Of a stretch of DNA of 64,000 nucleotides, positions 32,331 to 43,225 are shown piece after piece. The stretch spans positions 1,914,011 through 1,978,010 of the forward strand of contig NC_019977.1 in NCBI RefSeq assembly GCF_000328665.1. The letters run 5' to 3'. Positions within the stretch are counted from its first letter, which is position 1. Each line of letters starts with the position of its first letter. The DNA is from Methanomethylovorans hollandica DSM 15978. Its GTDB lineage: Archaea > Halobacteriota > Methanosarcinia > Methanosarcinales > Methanosarcinaceae. The notes under the pieces are model-generated. The model was not told where the DNA came from. It did not search any database and saw nothing but the letters and a program-made list of their open reading frames with translations. Position numbers and translations under genes: made by a program.

Positions 32331-33668
32331 TCACTTTCTCTTCAGCTTCTTAACAACAGCTTCAACTTGTTCAACTGCAGTTCCTATGTATTTATCCGGA
32401 TCTACAAGGTTGTTAATATCCTCTTCATTGAGGTAATTCGCAACATCAGGTTTTGACAGCAATACTTCCTTAAAGTGCTTGCCGGTCTCATGAGCCTCCA
32501 TGGCACTTGAGCGTACGATCTCGTGAGCTTCCTGGCGGCCCACACCCCGTTTTGCAAGCTCTATCATTACAGCCTCTCCCATATTCAGGCCTCTTAGCAG
32601 GTCAAGGTTACGGCGGATATTTTCCGGATAGAACCTGAGATTCTCGATAACACCTATGCACAGCTTGATAATATGGTCCGTGAGCACACATGCTTCAGGG
32701 AACACGATCCTTTCACATGAAGAGTTGGTAAGATCACGTTCGTCCCACAGAGTGTTGTTCAGAAGTTCAGGCTCCACCATGGCACGTACTATCCTTGCAA
32801 GACCACATATCTGCTCGGACTTAATGGGGTTGCGTTTGTGAGGCATTGTGGAAGACCCTACCTGCTTCTTCTTGAAGCTTTCCTCAACCTCAGCAATCTC
32901 TGTCCTCTGCAGAGAACGTATCTCCACACCTACCTTATCAATGGTGGTCACAGTATTAGCCATCCACATGACAAATTCGGCATGCCTGTCACGCTGTATG
33001 ATCTGGTTGGACACATCAACAGAACCTATATCCAGATAATACATCACACGTTTCTGTATCTCTATTCCATCCTTTCCAAAAGCAGCCTGTGTGCCTACCG
33101 CACCTGTCATCTGCCCTACCAGCAGGCGGGGCTTGAGTTGCTCCAGACGTTCGATATGACGTGCAACTTCAGAAGCCCAGATCGCAAATCTCAGACCATA
33201 TGTGGTCGGTACACCGATCTGTCCGTGTGTCCTTGCTGCACATACAGTGTGCTTGTGATCTTCGGACTGCGCAAGTAACACATCCATTAGCCTGTGCATT
33301 TTATCTTCCAGGATATGCACAGCTTCCTTAAGCTGCAGACCTGTAGCTGTATCAAGAATGTCATTGGAAGTGGCACCAAAGTGCACCCATTTTCCGGCAT
33401 CTTCAGTGCATTTTTCAGAAATGCCGATCACTACAGCCATCATATCATGGTGTATCTCATCCTCTATCTCTTTCACACGGTCCAGTTCCACAAGATCTGT
33501 ACTTTTTGAGATGATCTCTGCAGCTTTCTGGGGGATAAGCCCGATATCCGCTTCAGCCTTGGCGAGTGCAGCTTCAACCATCATTAGTTTGTTAAGGCGG
33601 TTAGCTTCGCTCCAGACAAACTTCATCTCTTCTGTACCATAACGGTACTCAATTGGGTGAATTGCCAT
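32331..33668 (-). CDS. purB: Adenylosuccinate lyase
   Basis: HFGATSND, RTHGQ, GSSTMPHKRNP. Confidence 0.97.
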   Translation of the reverse strand: MAIHPIEYRYGTEEMKFVWSEANRLNKLMMVEAALAKAEADIGLIPQKAAEIISKSTDLVELDRVKEIEDEIHHDMMAVVIGISEKCTEDAGKWVHFGATSNDILDTATGLQLKEAVHILEDKMHRLMDVLLAQSEDHKHTVCAARTHGQIGVPTTYGLRFAIWASEVARHIERLEQLKPRLLVGQMTGAVGTQAAFGKDGIEIQKRVMYYLDIGSVDVSNQIIQRDRHAEFVMWMANTVTTIDKVGVEIRSLQRTEIAEVEESFKKKQVGSSTMPHKRNPIKSEQICGLARIVRAMVEPELLNNTLWDERDLTNSSCERIVFPEACVLTDHIIKLCIGVIENLRFYPENIRRNLDLLRGLNMGEAVMIELAKRGVGRQEAHEIVRSSAMEAHETGKHFKEVLLSKPDVANYLNEEDINNLVDPDKYIGTAVEQVEAVVKKLKRK

Positions 33669-33811
33669 TTATAGAATCTCCTGAAGTTGTTTATTAAGTC
33701 TCTCTGACGTATAGTAAGTCTTAATCAATAAATATGCTTTGAGTGGAGAACATTACGCAATAAATAACTGCCTAAAAAGAAAAAGGTAAAGGATAGTAAT
33801 CCCGGATACCA

Positions 33812-36800
33812 TCAATTCCCTGGATTGAAAGAAGGAACCTGAACCGATTGAAGCTCAGCCCCTATGCTTTCATTTTGTTGCTGCGTATTGTTATCCAATT
33901 CAGGATACCATCTTTCAGGAAGTTGGTAGTCCAGAGATTCACTGTACGTAGACGGTACGAAAAATTTCGTTCCACGGTCCTTCAGAGATGGTTCAAAGCC
34001 CGGATCAATGGATTCCAGTGTCTCTTTACATATCTCGGCCTCAGATGACTTACCGATACTATACAGAGCGAATCGCTTGTTGTAAAGAACGGACCGGGAG
34101 CTGGGATCGATAGCAAGGGCACTATCATAGCAGGATATAGATGTTTCTACCTGGCCTATTAAATTGTATATGAAACCCTTATTATACCAGGCAGTGACAC
34201 ATGTGGGATCCAGTTCAAGAGTTTTGTCATAATAGTAAATTGAACCCTTGTAGCTGCTGACGAGATATGAGATGGTGCCTTTATGGTACATAGCGGATAC
34301 AGATGTTGGATCGATCGCAAGCACCTGATCAAATCCTGCCAGTGCTTGCTGATAGTCTCCCCTAAGATAGAAGGAAAAAGCTTTTGTTCCCATTACAAGT
34401 GTATCCGATGGGTCCAGCTCGAGCAATTGGTCATAGCAAGCTACTGCATCATCATATCTGCCCATCCTGTCAAGTGCCAATCCTTTATGGTATATGGCAT
34501 CCTTACTATCAGGTTGTTCTGCAATGATCTTATCATAACTACCAATTGCTCTGTCAAATTGTCCAAGCTTCTCGTAAGCAACGCTCTGTTTATAAAGTAT
34601 ATCGACATTACCACGATCTAATTCAAGCGCTTGATCATAAGACGATGCAGCATCAGGATATTTTTCAAGAGCATAGTATGCATCACCGCGATCAGAGAAA
34701 GCCTGAGAATTCTCCGGGTCAATAGATATGACAGTATTTGCATACTGGAGAGCTTGATCATAAGAACCTGTACTAAAAAGCACACGCCCTTTCTGCAGCA
34801 TAGCAGAAGTGTTGTTAGGCTCAAGAGCAAGCACATTATCAAAGCAAATCTGTGCCCTGTCTGAATCACCAGTGCTCAGAGAAACAACTCCGAGAGAATA
34901 CCATGCTGGAGAGTATCCGGGGTCAAAAGCGATAGCACTTTCATAGCATTCAATCGCCCATAGATCCATCCCAGCTTCCACCAGGGCTGAACCTTTATCA
35001 CACAAAACTTTAACAGATGTCGGATCAAGCATAAGGGCTTTGTCGAAGCAAACCAGGGACTCATTATAATTACCGATATTCTGATAAGAAATACCTTTTG
35101 CACTCCATGCATCAACAGAATCCACAGTGAAAATATCCAGTTGTGGAACATCATTGTTGATCGATTTTTTCACAGACCCGGAAGTCTCATTATTGCTCAG
35201 AGGAGTAGGGACTATACCCTTAAAGATCTGGAACATCGTAGCTTTGTCGGTCTGCACCATTTTCATGGATTCTGCGGTATCGTCTGCATTTATAAGATTT
35301 GTATCTATCATTATACGTAAATTGGCTTCCTGGTACCCGGGATCTAATGCGAGTGTTTGCTCATACGCTACAATGGCCTCTTCGTATTTTCCAAGTTTGT
35401 CGAGGACCATACCTTTACGATACCATATGTCTGCAGATTCTGAATGTAGCTCCAGCAATTTGTTGTAAGCGGTAAGAGCTTCTGTGTAGCGTTCAACTTT
35501 TTCCAGGTTAGAAGCCTTTGCATATAGAGCAGCTGAAAAACCAGGATCCTCTTTTAGGGCTTTATCATAACTTTTTATGGCATCTGCAAAAAGTCCAAGC
35601 TTGTCAAGGTCCATGCCTCTCTCGAACCATACTCTTGCACAGGATTCTGCATTAAGAGCTTTACTGTAGCTATCAACTGCTCCATCATATTTTTGAAGCA
35701 TATCAAAAGCTTTTGCACGATTGTACCATACTATAGCGGAGTTGGGTTCAAGTTCCGTTACCCGGTCGTATGAGGATATTGCATCCTCATACTTGCCCAG
35801 ATTATAAAAAGCTGTACCTTTATCATACCAGATATGTGCCGACTCTGTGGAAAACGTGGGAGATTTGTTATAACACTCCATTGCATTGACTTCATCTATA
35901 AAAAGATACGATGACATATCTGTTATAGATACACCACTAAAACCATCCGAATTTAATTGTAATGCACGATCATAACACTCTATAGCCTCAGAATAGCGAC
36001 CCAGAGAATCCAGAGTTCTTCCTTTCTTATTCCACGCTGTGGCATTTTGAGGATCAAGCACAAGCAGCTGATCATAGCAGTTGATGGCATCAGTGTATTG
36101 TCCGAGACTATCATAGCTCTGCGCTTGTAGTAACCAGGCATTTATATTGTAAGGATCCTCGGACAGAAGGAGGTTATACGCTTCGATGGATGAAGCATGA
36201 TCACCAAGATTAGTAGCTGCCCTTGCTTTCCCGTAAAGGGCCTCAGCGTTGAGAGGTTCAAGCTTCAGAATATTATTATAATCAGCAAGCGCGTTTTCGT
36301 ATTCTCCAATAGCTTCATAAGCTGCTGCCCTTGCAAACCACATTTTAGGATCATCCGGCAACATGGTAAGAGCTACGTCAAAAGATGCAATTGAATCATT
36401 GTATCTTCCCACCTGCAAATAAGAATAACCGGTATCATACATGGAATTTGCATATGTAGAGAAAAGATCCAGTATGTGGTCATAACAAACCATAGCCTCT
36501 TCATGCCTGCCCAAACCATCGAGAGATCTGCCCTTATGATAGACCAATTGAATATATTCGCTGTCGAAAGCCATACCGTTGAGATCTGTTAAAAATGTAG
36601 CGTTGGAAGAGTTGGAAGAAGAAACGTTAGATTGATCTGAAGATTGATTATAGTACTGTGCATCGAACTTTTTAAGAGATGCTTCATATATATTAAGGGA
36701 TTCCTGATATCTACCTAAATTCTCCAGCATGACACCTTTTTTGTAAAGGAATTCACTGGAATTGGATTTATTCAAAATAGCGTCATATGAATTAAGTGCT

Positions 36801-37048
36801 GACTGAGGATCACCCATGAGGTACTGTGTTTCAGCCTTATTTTCAAGAATTTCGATTGACTGGGGATCTATTTCCAAGGCCTGCTCAAAGAACTCCAGAG
36901 CTTCTGTGTATGAAGCGTTGCGACTCATCTCAAGACCCTGGTCATTGAGAGACCTGGCGTCATAAGCAATACCATAAGCGCACTGAGTAGATATTAAAGC
37001 TAACATCACTAATGCGCAAACTGAAAGGAATAACCTGTTTAATGCCAT
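33812..37048 (-). CDS. Large secreted tetratricopeptide repeat protein
   Basis: Signal-peptide-like N-terminus; roughly two dozen TPR-like units (W..KG..L..LGRY.EA..CYD.AL.LDP). Confidence 0.9.
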   Translation of the reverse strand: MALNRLFLSVCALVMLALISTQCAYGIAYDARSLNDQGLEMSRNASYTEALEFFEQALEIDPQSIEILENKAETQYLMGDPQSALNSYDAILNKSNSSEFLYKKGVMLENLGRYQESLNIYEASLKKFDAQYYNQSSDQSNVSSSNSSNATFLTDLNGMAFDSEYIQLVYHKGRSLDGLGRHEEAMVCYDHILDLFSTYANSMYDTGYSYLQVGRYNDSIASFDVALTMLPDDPKMWFARAAAYEAIGEYENALADYNNILKLEPLNAEALYGKARAATNLGDHASSIEAYNLLLSEDPYNINAWLLQAQSYDSLGQYTDAINCYDQLLVLDPQNATAWNKKGRTLDSLGRYSEAIECYDRALQLNSDGFSGVSITDMSSYLFIDEVNAMECYNKSPTFSTESAHIWYDKGTAFYNLGKYEDAISSYDRVTELEPNSAIVWYNRAKAFDMLQKYDGAVDSYSKALNAESCARVWFERGMDLDKLGLFADAIKSYDKALKEDPGFSAALYAKASNLEKVERYTEALTAYNKLLELHSESADIWYRKGMVLDKLGKYEEAIVAYEQTLALDPGYQEANLRIMIDTNLINADDTAESMKMVQTDKATMFQIFKGIVPTPLSNNETSGSVKKSINNDVPQLDIFTVDSVDAWSAKGISYQNIGNYNESLVCFDKALMLDPTSVKVLCDKGSALVEAGMDLWAIECYESAIAFDPGYSPAWYSLGVVSLSTGDSDRAQICFDNVLALEPNNTSAMLQKGRVLFSTGSYDQALQYANTVISIDPENSQAFSDRGDAYYALEKYPDAASSYDQALELDRGNVDILYKQSVAYEKLGQFDRAIGSYDKIIAEQPDSKDAIYHKGLALDRMGRYDDAVACYDQLLELDPSDTLVMGTKAFSFYLRGDYQQALAGFDQVLAIDPTSVSAMYHKGTISYLVSSYKGSIYYYDKTLELDPTCVTAWYNKGFIYNLIGQVETSISCYDSALAIDPSSRSVLYNKRFALYSIGKSSEAEICKETLESIDPGFEPSLKDRGTKFFVPSTYSESLDYQLPERWYPELDNNTQQQNESIGAELQSVQVPSFNPGN

Positions 37049-37538
37049 CTGAATACCTGTCAGGAACTTCTAGTGATTATACTTTATTGTCTTATATTAG
37101 ATAAGATTTTTGTTCTTCTTGAAGCGAACAAAATATGGACTGTTCCATATCCAAATTAATCTGCATCTATTATGTAATGGTATATATAATATAAATAAAG
37201 TATCTAGTTTTAATAATATAAATATGGATATGTTTATCAGAAAACTACCCATTCGGATGTAAGTTTTTGAAAAACCTCATTGCTTCAGAATTATAGTTGA
37301 AAACCATTTGTTTGAAACTTATGGTATTGATTGCACGATCTCTTGAATGTGATTTTAGTATTCATAAGTTACAAACCATGAGTGTTTAACTATAGTATAC
37401 ATAATAAACAAATAATTAATTAAAATATTAATAATGTTAAAATGCTCTTAATTTATTAGCACTTTTTATCTTCACTATTTTTATTTATATTCATTTCTTA
37501 ATAGAAATCATTTCTAATGCAAAGACGCAAGGATTAGA

Positions 37539-37886
37539 TTATGAAAAGAAAAGCTCAAAGATGTCATACTGTATCAACAACATATAAAGGCCGGTACCGA
37601 TGAAGATACTGAGCATTGCATTTCTTTTCCATACATGCAGAACAGTGACGACTGCTATTGCAAAGATTTCAGGGCTTCCATAAGGAGACTGAAACCATTG
37701 TACATCCTTCAGGCAATAGAAAACAAGCAGTAAAAGGATCATAGGAGGTAGATTCCTCTCGATCATAGACATTGAACCGGGAGGCTCCTTTGAATTGAAA
37801 AGTATAAAAGGCAATATCCTTGTAATAAATGTTGCAATAGCCACAACTGTTATGACAGCAAGCAGATACAACGTTTCGTTGGTCAT
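37539..37886 (-). CDS. azlD: Branched-chain amino acid exporter small subunit
   Basis: TFITRILPF, LPPMILLLL, WKRNAMLSIFIGT; ATGA overlap with azlC. Confidence 0.88.
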   Translation of the reverse strand: MTNETLYLLAVITVVAIATFITRILPFILFNSKEPPGSMSMIERNLPPMILLLLVFYCLKDVQWFQSPYGSPEIFAIAVVTVLHVWKRNAMLSIFIGTGLYMLLIQYDIFELFFS

Positions 37887-38620
37887 GGCCACCCCTTCTG
37901 ATCTTTATCTGCCGCAGACATAGAGAAACTTTTGGCCTGGACTATTTTTTCATGTACGATCAGAATAATTGTCCCTATAAGAATTGAAAACAAAAGCATG
38001 TTTTCGGAACTGAATAGAACAAGAGAGATACCACCTGCCAAAACAGCAACAATAAAGGGAAAACGTGTACTTGAATGGTAGTACTGTTCAATTGTCAATA
38101 CCATGAACAGTGCAGTAAGTACAAAAGACATGCCCTCCAGATCAAGATCAATTACTGATCCCAGCACTGCTCCAAGCATTGACCCGGTAATCCAATAAAA
38201 GTGGTTCAGTACAGCTATGAAAAAATAAAACTTGTTTTTCGGAACGTTTCCCGGAAGCTCTGTGGTAGTAAGGAGGGCATATGTTTCATCAGTAAGTGCA
38301 AATATAAGATAAGTTTTGATCTTTCCTGCAGCAGAAAATTTTTCAAGCATGGAAAGACCATAAAATGAATGCCTGAGATTGATAAGTAGAGTAATGATCA
38401 GGAACTCTGTGAGCCCTGCACCTGCTGACAGCAGTGCCACTGCTATGAACTGCACAGATCCTGCATAGACGAAGATACTCATCAAAAGAGCATATGACCA
38501 GTGATAGCCTGCTCCTGAAATCAAGAAACCAAAAGCAACTCCCAGAGGAATATAACCAAGAAGTACAGGAAAAGTGATCTTGAATGCATTTAAGAAGAGT
38601 GTTTTATTTTCAGGTTCCAT
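37883..38620 (-). CDS. azlC: Branched-chain amino acid exporter permease
   Basis: GYIPLGVAFG, YAGSVQF, INLRHSFYG, LTDETYA. Confidence 0.92.
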   Translation of the reverse strand: MEPENKTLFLNAFKITFPVLLGYIPLGVAFGFLISGAGYHWSYALLMSIFVYAGSVQFIAVALLSAGAGLTEFLIITLLINLRHSFYGLSMLEKFSAAGKIKTYLIFALTDETYALLTTTELPGNVPKNKFYFFIAVLNHFYWITGSMLGAVLGSVIDLDLEGMSFVLTALFMVLTIEQYYHSSTRFPFIVAVLAGGISLVLFSSENMLLFSILIGTIILIVHEKIVQAKSFSMSAADKDQKGWP

Positions 38621-38738
38621 GCTAACAAACAATATTCGAATTCTTAATTAGTATTTAACATTGTCCCGTCTGAATAATAAATAAAAAAAAAAGATGTAGT
38701 TCGCCAAAATGTATACCCTTGCAGTTGCATCGATAACA

Positions 38739-40178
38739 TCACATGGCATCTTTCTGTGCCTTTGTGAAGTGATCTATCGCCTGCGCCAGTTCGCTGTGTT
38801 CCCGGGCATACTCGGCAATATCCATCTTGTTGAGATAGGCATCACATGCCTGAACCAATGCCTTTGCTCCATCCTTAGTTCCTCCTGGATGGGCATGTAC
38901 TCCAGAGCCCATGGTTGTGATAAAATCCACATTTCCCATTACATCAATGAAAGGCTTCAATCTGATAGGATTAAGTCCGCCCGAAACAATGGGACAGCAT
39001 TTTTTGACGCCTCTCCAGCTATCTTCTTCCAGGATGACATGATGGGCCGAATCTTCAGACACAAGATGCATGGCATCCTTATCATTTTCAGGTATCTTGG
39101 TCCAGGTTTGTTCAAAGAAATGGCCTTTAGACCTCATATACAGGATACCATGTGCAGCAACGACGTCCTCTTCGGGTGTACCTTTCATTTTACCAACACC
39201 TGCTGTACCTGTGTGTATACCTGAAACACCGGCAAGACGTGCAAATTTAGATAAGACAAGTACAGAGAATCCGATCGGATTCTCGGGCCTTGTAAAAGCT
39301 CCATGGGCTGCCCTGTGGAAATGGATGAACACACCCGGGTATCGCCTTCTGAGTGTCTGGACAGCCATCCAGCCTGCAGTTATACCATCGATAAGGAATG
39401 CATAGCTGCCGGGCTCAAAACCTGCATTCACGATCATTTCACACCTTTCGATCATGGTGTCAAAGTCGGCAGCTGAAACATTGAAAGAATGTACCTTGTT
39501 TCTGCCGGTTTCCTTAACTGCCTTGTCCATAGCCTCTTTTACGTGTTTTACCATTTTATCATAAGGACAGAAATCCTGGTTTGCCTGAGGCTCATCGTTC
39601 TTGACAAAATCTCCTCCTCCTGCCCAGAAATCATAACACACCTCTGCGTACTCTGCAGAAGTAAGCCCCATCTTTGGTTTTACGATGGTACCGAGGATAG
39701 GCCGGTCATATACACCAAGATATTTACGCATGTCATCCAGAGTATAGCTTGGACCATCATACTGTTCGAGCATCGATGATGGGAACCATACATCCAGTAA
39801 CTTCAAAGCTTTTATCTCTTTTATACCCAGGATATTGCCGACTATGTATGTCAGGATGTTCTGAATATTGCCCCCTCTGTCAAAAAGTCTCCATGGATAG
39901 GCTATCCACACAAGATTTTGTTCAAGGTCCAGCTTATAGACCAGTGCGTTCATGGTCTTTGAAAAAGGGGTTTCAGTGTTGACCTTAAAATTTGTTCCGG
40001 TAGATGATTCGGCAGCAGTTTCAGCAGCTGCCTGAAGTATGTTCAATTTCCCCTCCGGGACCAGATGGAACACACTAAGCAGGTATTCTCCGTTATAAGG
40101 ATCTGGAAGCTGCAAATTCACGTAAGATTGCTGTTTAGGATTAAGCGACGCTACAAGATCTGCATATATTGGATTCAT
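38739..40178 (-). CDS. rbcL: Ribulose-1,5-bisphosphate carboxylase, form II/III
   Basis: AAESSTGT, GTIVKPKMGL, GGDFVKNDE, HFHRAAHG, GVGKM, PIVSGG; insertion EQTW...EEDSW before PIVSGG. Confidence 0.95.
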   Translation of the reverse strand: MNPIYADLVASLNPKQQSYVNLQLPDPYNGEYLLSVFHLVPEGKLNILQAAAETAAESSTGTNFKVNTETPFSKTMNALVYKLDLEQNLVWIAYPWRLFDRGGNIQNILTYIVGNILGIKEIKALKLLDVWFPSSMLEQYDGPSYTLDDMRKYLGVYDRPILGTIVKPKMGLTSAEYAEVCYDFWAGGGDFVKNDEPQANQDFCPYDKMVKHVKEAMDKAVKETGRNKVHSFNVSAADFDTMIERCEMIVNAGFEPGSYAFLIDGITAGWMAVQTLRRRYPGVFIHFHRAAHGAFTRPENPIGFSVLVLSKFARLAGVSGIHTGTAGVGKMKGTPEEDVVAAHGILYMRSKGHFFEQTWTKIPENDKDAMHLVSEDSAHHVILEEDSWRGVKKCCPIVSGGLNPIRLKPFIDVMGNVDFITTMGSGVHAHPGGTKDGAKALVQACDAYLNKMDIAEYAREHSELAQAIDHFTKAQKDAM

Positions 40179-40310
40179 ATTAATAACAATTGTTAACATG
40201 CTATTTGAGTTTTTGGAGCCTAATCAAACAATACACAAAAACATATGTAAGTTGCTTTAAAGGAAAAAAAGTTTACAAGAATATTATAAGACGTTACTTG
40301 ACACAATCCT

Positions 40311-41177
40311 TCATGAAGAGATCAATATGATCGCAATGAGGGCAAGAAGCACACCAATCCACTGCCTTAAAGACATCTTTTCTTTCAGTATGAACCATGC
40401 AAGTAATACAGTGCCTGCAGGATATAGAGATGAAGTGATAGATGCTATATCCAGCCTGCCTGCCTGCGAAGCCAGTGCAAAGAAAGTGTTACCTCCTGTG
40501 TCAAAAATACCGGCCAGTATTATAACGGGCAATATTTTTTTTGAAGGGGTCGACAAAGAGCCTTTGAAAACTATGAATGCAAGGATCATCGCAACAGCTG
40601 CGGCCCTGGCGGCAGCCAGCGGCCAGAACACTGCCGATTCACTGACATGATCAATGCATATAAAAAACATGCCAAAGCCTATTCCTGCAATTAACGGGAG
40701 CCTGAGATCATTGAGCTGCATTTTCCCTATGTCATTATTTCCGCCTGCAATTAACCAAACTGCTGCCAGTGCAAACATAAATCCTGCCATTTGATACATA
40801 GCAGGCAGTCCTTCATAGAATGCACCATAGAAGACCGGCACAGAAGCAGCTACAACTGCAGAAATTGGAGCAATGAACCCCATTTTACCCTGAGATAGAC
40901 CATGATAAAGCGCCAGGAGAGCTATACCTATAAAAATTCCAGCAACTGCTCCCCAGATCATTCCAATAGATGATGGTACTTGTTCTCCCATTAGGTAAGC
41001 AGAAGCAGCAAGAAGGAAAACTCCAACTGTCTGGACTATCAGGACAACACTAAAGACATTTGCCTTTTTCGAGGCAAAGCCCCCGCTGAAATCTCCTGCA
41101 CCCCAAGATGCAGCTGCAAGGAGACCAAAAAGGACCACAAGAAACTCAGCAGGTATCATCTTTACTCTCTTCTCCAT
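40311..41177 (-). CDS. EamA/DMT family transporter
   Basis: About 10 TM helices, WGAGDF, SSLYPAGTVLLAWFILKEK. Confidence 0.9.
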   Translation of the reverse strand: MEKRVKMIPAEFLVVLFGLLAAASWGAGDFSGGFASKKANVFSVVLIVQTVGVFLLAASAYLMGEQVPSSIGMIWGAVAGIFIGIALLALYHGLSQGKMGFIAPISAVVAASVPVFYGAFYEGLPAMYQMAGFMFALAAVWLIAGGNNDIGKMQLNDLRLPLIAGIGFGMFFICIDHVSESAVFWPLAAARAAAVAMILAFIVFKGSLSTPSKKILPVIILAGIFDTGGNTFFALASQAGRLDIASITSSLYPAGTVLLAWFILKEKMSLRQWIGVLLALIAIILISS

Positions 41178-41267
41178 ACAGTATAATTAATTAGAGTTAC
41201 TCTGATAGTGCCTCAATTTATCAAAAGTTTCCTCTGCAGCTATAATATATGGGCATATGCTGTTGAT

Positions 41268-41582
41268 CTATTTAAACTCAATATTTATATCGCCTATATT
41301 TTTAGCAAGGGACTTTGAAATATATCCTGCTTCCAGTTTGCACACATGCAGAACTCCGATAGGGACAAGACAGGTATCACAACATGGTGCATGACTTGCT
41401 TTTTCAAGTACATAGTTATCTTTTATTCCATGTATTCCCTCAAGGGGAACTTCCATATGTGCTATGTTCTTGACAACATTGCAAGGAGTCTCAATTTCTA
41501 TCAAGACTTTATTCCCATCGATCTTTCCGCTGACTTCATGGACATAGCCACATATTCTAGAATTTATTGTCACATCTGTCAT
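41268..41582 (-). CDS. Conserved small Cys-containing protein (DUF6951-like)
   Basis: ICGY, ETPC, CCDTCLVP...CKLEAG pattern. Confidence 0.65.
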   Translation of the reverse strand: MTDVTINSRICGYVHEVSGKIDGNKVLIEIETPCNVVKNIAHMEVPLEGIHGIKDNYVLEKASHAPCCDTCLVPIGVLHVCKLEAGYISKSLAKNIGDINIEFK

Positions 41583-41734
41583 TTAATAGCTCCTACATCA
41601 ATTACCGAAGAAAACTCCCCAGAATATATAGTAAAAGAATTGCTAAAATAAAGGTTCTCCGGTGATTTTGATACCTACAAAAAAGATAACAATTTATTTG
41701 GAACTGGTGACAGAAACCTCATGAAGGATCATGG

Positions 41735-41971
41735 TCACATATTCTTTCCTCTGTATATAGAACCGTCCTTTGCTATCTTAGCAAGTATACCTAATTGAAT
41801 TATTTCAAATATTATATCAAGAAAAGAATTAACAAGATCACCTGTAACAGGAACCTGGGCTATGGTCATATCTGTACCTATATTCGCCAGAGAAAGGAGG
41901 ATAAAGCCCAGAAACAGATTCCTCATTTTCTTTTCCTGAGTTAACATTTTTAACAAACCGATTTTATTCAT
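41735..41971 (-). CDS. Small hypothetical membrane-associated protein
   Basis: 78-aa ORF with GGGTG RBS and two hydrophobic segments around VPVTGDLV. Confidence 0.5.
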   Translation of the reverse strand: MNKIGLLKMLTQEKKMRNLFLGFILLSLANIGTDMTIAQVPVTGDLVNSFLDIIFEIIQLGILAKIAKDGSIYRGKNM

Positions 41972-42055
41972 ATTAACACCCATAATGATCATGCATAGAC
42001 AGAAATCAATTATCAGATCCAGTAGAACAAGATATTACCGAATACCTGATAAAGA

Positions 42056-43225
42056 TCACACCCCATAAGTGATAATCCCTTCTTCTTCGTGGAACAGCCT
42101 GGAACTCCATAATCCATAATAATTACTGACCTCATCCATGATGTATTTAGTAATTAATAAAGAATCTTCTTCCAGTTTCCAGGAATCCCACTGCCTTTCC
42201 ACAAGGATCTCTTCTGAATCACATTCGGTTCCATTTTCATGCTCTCTTTGATCATTTATTATAATAGAATTTGTGCAGTTGAATATTTGCACCATGATCT
42301 TCACTTTACCAATATAGTCGATCTTGGAATAGAAAGTTGATGAGAACCTGATAGTATGCAATATGTTACAAGCAAGCAACTCGTCATCAAATCTTTTTCT
42401 GTGATCGTCCTGAAAGAAACTTCTGCAGTTTTTCATGGAGTGGACCACCCCATTCCTGTGGACCTCAACTTTATTGTTCACATTACGGATTTTATCTTCA
42501 TCGCCCCATTTAATACCGGATTTTGTGGGTCTGATAGAATATGTAAGATAATCGCCACAATCGCTCTTTTTACTGGAATATAATTCCATAAGCTTAAGAC
42601 CGAATTCAGAAGAAGGATCGAACATCTGCCCATCGATCTTAAGCGGAGCTACGACCACATGAGATTCAATTCCATGTAATTGCACCTCATGAGGAAGCTT
42701 TTTCTGACTGGAATAGATAGCTTCCTCAATATATCTTTCAAGCTTGCTCATCCCGAAAAAGCGCGACTGATACAACCACTCTACTTCATTTTCATCCATG
42801 GGGGTAGCTGAGAAATTATACCGCTTGTAGTATCGCTTATCCTGATTATTGTAATAGGGTTTACTTTGTCCTTCCGGAATATGGACCACTAGTATGATCC
42901 TGTCTTTGCCAGGGATGGGGACCTTTTTTATCTGAACGCTGACCCTGGGTATTATATTCCCCAGAATGATCTGTTCCAGCCTTTCCTTATTAATATCGCT
43001 TTCTATTCCATTGATAGACTGAGGATGTCCTCCTTTTCCGGTTTCCGCTACTCCGTAAACCAGATAGCCACCTTTGGTATTAGAAAATGCCGTAACCTGT
43101 TTTATAATACTGTAATCGTTGAGCTCCTGCTTATAATCAAGGATCATCGATTCCTCTATCTGTTCCTCGGATAATTCCTGAATATCATCAAAAGTAACAT
43201 CCTCAAGTGGCTTATCGAATAGCAT
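42056..43225 (-). CDS. Schlafen/AlbA_2 domain protein with unknown C-terminal domain
   Basis: EESMILDYK, VTAFSNTKGGYLVYGVAE, VVHIPEG..KPY, YKR. Confidence 0.85.
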   Translation of the reverse strand: MLFDKPLEDVTFDDIQELSEEQIEESMILDYKQELNDYSIIKQVTAFSNTKGGYLVYGVAETGKGGHPQSINGIESDINKERLEQIILGNIIPRVSVQIKKVPIPGKDRIILVVHIPEGQSKPYYNNQDKRYYKRYNFSATPMDENEVEWLYQSRFFGMSKLERYIEEAIYSSQKKLPHEVQLHGIESHVVVAPLKIDGQMFDPSSEFGLKLMELYSSKKSDCGDYLTYSIRPTKSGIKWGDEDKIRNVNNKVEVHRNGVVHSMKNCRSFFQDDHRKRFDDELLACNILHTIRFSSTFYSKIDYIGKVKIMVQIFNCTNSIIINDQREHENGTECDSEEILVERQWDSWKLEEDSLLITKYIMDEVSNYYGLWSSRLFHEEEGIITYGV

